The translations under genes and the position numbers were made by a program. A DNA stretch of 64,000 nt, from assembly GCA_965649825.1 (NCBI GenBank), contig OZ287694.1, forward strand, positions 1,177,197 to 1,241,196, in the 5' to 3' direction. This DNA is from Penicillus capitatus (taxonomy: Eukaryota; Plantae; Chlorophyta). The notes beneath the pieces are model-generated. The model worked only from the letters and a program-made list of their open reading frames with translations, was not told the origin of the DNA and searched no databases. Positions 60,919 to 64,000 of this stretch are shown here, piece by piece (within the stretch, counting starts at the first letter, position 1; every line of letters begins with the position of its first letter).

Positions 60919-61711
60919 GTAGTCCTCCACGGCTCTGAATCTCGATAAAGCTACGCGGCTGGCTCTAGTCCAGGGAGAATTGCCTCACTGACCCATGTGC
61001 ATCATGCAGCTGAACGATGCTGTATTCCTCTGCACACAGCATCTCCTGCGGTTTCAGAGACATGACGGGACATGTATGGAAAATGCAGCAAAAGAAGCTC
61101 TGGAGTCTAATCCTGATCAGCACGGGATGTTGATGGAAAGCATCTTCTGAATGTGACAAATTCCCATTGACTGTTTTTCGTCATCAGGCCATCTAGCTCC
61201 TATCCGATGCTGTTGAAATGGTATCACCTCCCCGGAGACAATCTCCTTCGATCAAAAAACACTGTAGGTACGAAAGCACCACTTTCCGTGTAAAATGTGT
61301 CGGTTTGTGTAGATTCAATTGCTCTTTAGAGAGATTGTTACTCGGGAAGACGGCCGAGCATCTATCTGTGTGTTTCTACCTCTGTCATGAGATCACTCTT
61401 TTTTAGCTGCATTCTACTCAACCAGCGTCCGAGGTACCCACCCCTCCCTCTGAAACAATCACCCATCTCTACGATGCTTCTTGCATTCACAGACTCCCCT
61501 TTCAGACAAGACAGTTGTCATCACAGATTCTGGCTGTGCTTGTCCATGCGCCGTGCTAGCTAGCATTGAATGCTGTGCCCTTTAAGACAGACAGCTTTTG
61601 CGTTTCGAACACGACTGGTCAATTGCTGGTCGTTTCCAATAGACATGACAGAGAATGCATCCATCCAGCAGATCAGCACCCATCATCCATCAGTCATTGC
61701 CCCACATTTCG

Positions 61712-63055
61712 ATGCAGCGCTACGTTCGAAGTCGTTTTCTCTGGGCACTCGTTCTGTTTTCCGCCCTAGCGACGTTTCTCAATACGTATTGGTTTTCCCG
61801 AACACGTCCTCACGAAATCAGTCCAGGGATAACGGAGGAGAGAACAACGCCCGAAGAGATTCTGCAGATACTGCAGCCACTGACACGTCGCTCTCGCAAA
61901 GCCTTCAACCAAACGGCGAGCTCTATTCTGCTCCGTGGCATTGTTGACCGCCAGTTTGCTAACCGTCTCGGCAAAACACCCCACCAACCAGCACTGAAGA
62001 TTCACAGAGCGCTTGAACAGTATCCCCTGTTGCCCTGTTGGCTGGAAAAAGACCTGCTCAATACCTCTACCCCTCGCAACGCCTCGCTCTTCTTTGCAGC
62101 CTCTTTGCGCGATGCCGAGCATATCATGCCGAACTTCATTGTCCAGGTGTGCCGTTTGGCGCTACGTTTCCGACGAGAGAAGCTCTTTGTGTCGATTTAC
62201 GAGAGCTCCAGTCATGACCGAACGCCACAATGGCTTCTCGTATTGAAAGAGTTACTGGATCTGCTACGTTGCCCCAATCGCGTCGTCATTTTCGGCGCCG
62301 TCCGGCCGAAAGAGGACGAGCATTCGACGGAGTTCTATGCCAGATTGCGCAACGCCGCATTGGAGCCATTGCGCCACTACCAAGAGACGGACTTCGACAA
62401 AGTCGTCATAGTCGATGACGTCTTCTTCTGTGCGCAGCAAGTCCTTCGATTGTATGCGCTGAACGTCGATATTGCCTGCGCGATGGATTATGTCGAGGCG
62501 CCGCCAAGGAGGAGATGGTGGTCGATGGCTAAACCTGCCCCGCCGTTGCTGATCTTTCGCGATGTGTGGTCATCCATCGACATCACGGGTCGCCATTTCA
62601 ACGCTCTGCCGCCGTTTGTACTGGACGCTTATGGGCGCGATCTGCTCTACAAGGGCAAGCCATTTCCGGTGCATTCCTGCTCGAATGGTCTGCGCGTTAT
62701 GAAGACGCAACCACTCTTTGCCGACATCGTTTTTCGTGGTCGACCATCCGGATCCTGTCCGGCATCCGAAAACGTCCTTCTCTGTCAGGACTATGCCCGT
62801 GCCGGGTTTCAGCAAATCGTTATTGATCCTGGCGTCAAAGTTGGCCATGTTTATCGTGAAGCTGTCCATGTACATCGCCGGGACTGTAACGGCAATGTAC
62901 CGTTCGTTTCGTCAACAGAGATCGAGATCCCGACCGTCTTCCCCAATCATCCCTCGGAAGTGGAATGCTGTCAGCGTCTTGCACAAGAGAACCCCCGGCT
63001 AAAATTTAAAATCTGTCGGAAAGAGCACTTCGCTGTACGAAAAGACCGGACGTAG
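61712..63055 (+). CDS. CAP59/CMT1-like alpha-1,3-mannosyltransferase (GT69), type II membrane, intronless
   Basis: N-terminal TM, then FVSIYESSSHDRT, RLRNAALEPL, VDDVFFC, ACAMDY, PFPVHSCSNG and CPASE..LCQDY. Confidence 0.85.
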   Translation: MQRYVRSRFLWALVLFSALATFLNTYWFSRTRPHEISPGITEERTTPEEILQILQPLTRRSRKAFNQTASSILLRGIVDRQFANRLGKTPHQPALKIHRALEQYPLLPCWLEKDLLNTSTPRNASLFFAASLRDAEHIMPNFIVQVCRLALRFRREKLFVSIYESSSHDRTPQWLLVLKELLDLLRCPNRVVIFGAVRPKEDEHSTEFYARLRNAALEPLRHYQETDFDKVVIVDDVFFCAQQVLRLYALNVDIACAMDYVEAPPRRRWWSMAKPAPPLLIFRDVWSSIDITGRHFNALPPFVLDAYGRDLLYKGKPFPVHSCSNGLRVMKTQPLFADIVFRGRPSGSCPASENVLLCQDYARAGFQQIVIDPGVKVGHVYREAVHVHRRDCNGNVPFVSSTEIEIPTVFPNHPSEVECCQRLAQENPRLKFKICRKEHFAVRKDRT

Positions 63056-63075
63056 TCTGTAAATCGCACGAAACC

Positions 63076-64000
63076 TTAGGCGTTGGGCCTCGATCGCTTC
63101 GGAGACGGCAATTCTGCCTCTTGACTCGATTGCAGAGCTTCTAGCACGGCTTCCCAGGACAAACCGTCTGCTCCATAACCGTCGCTATCTGCATCGCTCT
63201 CTTCACAGGGCGCATGGTCGATGACGGCCTCCACAGGCTCGATCTTTTGCACGCCTTCTTCAGGTATCTGATCCATCCGTTCCTTACCCTCTGTCTCATC
63301 TTCTGGCGTGAAATATCCCTTCTTCTGCGGCAAAGATTCCAGTGTGTCCGCTACGACCTGAACGGAAAGCTGTTTGATCGACTCTTGTGCTTGTTGCACG
63401 AGCTGCAGCTCGGGATCCTCGACGCGCCTCTCTTGTGCTTGAGGCTCTGGGGGTCTGTTTTCTGGCGGGGCAGTAAAGAAAGGAATCTTGCCTCGTTGCC
63501 AGTCGTTTAAGACCATCCTGGCCACCGTCTTCATATCCGGATCGCCTCCTTTTAGCAGTTTCCCTGATCTCCGAGCCATCTGCTCCAAGAAATCTTCTGC
63601 ATCTGACCACGATCGAATCTGATAGGCTCTGCAAAGATACTCAGGCTTCACTCTTTCGAGTACAGATGGGATATACTCCGTTGCATCATCCAACTGCTCC
63701 ACTCTTACCACGCCTTTCAGCACCGAATCGATTTTTGAGTCCTCTGTCGAGTGATGTACCACTCCAGGACAGTCGATGAGATTGATCCTTTTGATCAAGG
63801 TGATGAACTGCCAGACGCGTGTCTCGCCGGGGACGGGTGCCACTTTGCACACCTTCTTCGTCCGGAGGGTATTGATGACAGACGACTTGCCGACATTGGG
63901 ATACCCAATGAACCCTACGGAGATCGATTTCTTGTCCGATCTCAGCCGAGAGAGCTGACGCAGCACCGACAGCAATGCTCCTTTTCCAAAGGGATGGGTC
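63076..64000 (-). CDS. NOG2: Nucleolar GTPase NOG2/GNL2, 3' part (runs off the window)
   Basis: HPFGKG..., [41 protein letters not shown] and [12 protein letters not shown]. Confidence 0.93.
   Translation of the reverse strand, partial: THPFGKGALLSVLRQLSRLRSDKKSISVGFIGYPNVGKSSVINTLRTKKVCKVAPVPGETRVWQFITLIKRINLIDCPGVVHHSTEDSKIDSVLKGVVRVEQLDDATEYIPSVLERVKPEYLCRAYQIRSWSDAEDFLEQMARRSGKLLKGGDPDMKTVARMVLNDWQRGKIPFFTAPPENRPPEPQAQERRVEDPELQLVQQAQESIKQLSVQVVADTLESLPQKKGYFTPEDETEGKERMDQIPEEGVQKIEPVEAVIDHAPCEESDADSDGYGADGLSWEAVLEALQSSQEAELPSPKRSRPNA

Noticed and set aside
1-64000. Non-standard genetic code (TAA/TAG = Gln, as in some ulvophytes)
   Set aside because: Conserved proteins end at TAG or TAA exactly where expected (RPLP0, FBPase, TSR2), and internal stops are explained by introns.

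Overview
Eukaryotic nuclear DNA from a very compact genome with short introns (about 40-65 nt). It is most likely a green alga, inferred from plastid-targeted FBPase, PSA2, a Tat-signal FKBP, a DCD domain and CDKB-like kinases. The standard genetic code applies. About 27 protein-coding genes can be supported. The dominant structure is a ~6 kb inverted segmental duplication (about 3830-9920 versus 31790-37760). Each arm carries a divergent CDKB-like kinase with a PSTVLRE motif, two variable-number tandem repeats, a decayed F-box/LRR-like gene and a dead copy of the 5' end of PGI. The arms bracket a ~22 kb segment containing the gamete fusogen HAP2/GCS1 and a third, probably ancestral, CDK copy. 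The right half is housekeeping genes packed so tightly that polycistronic or overlapping transcription is plausible, and several introns need GC-AG donors. Gene boundaries were spliced by eye and many start codons are approximate. No alignments or database searches were run, so identity statements are visual estimates. No RNA genes, CRISPR arrays or transposases were recognised.
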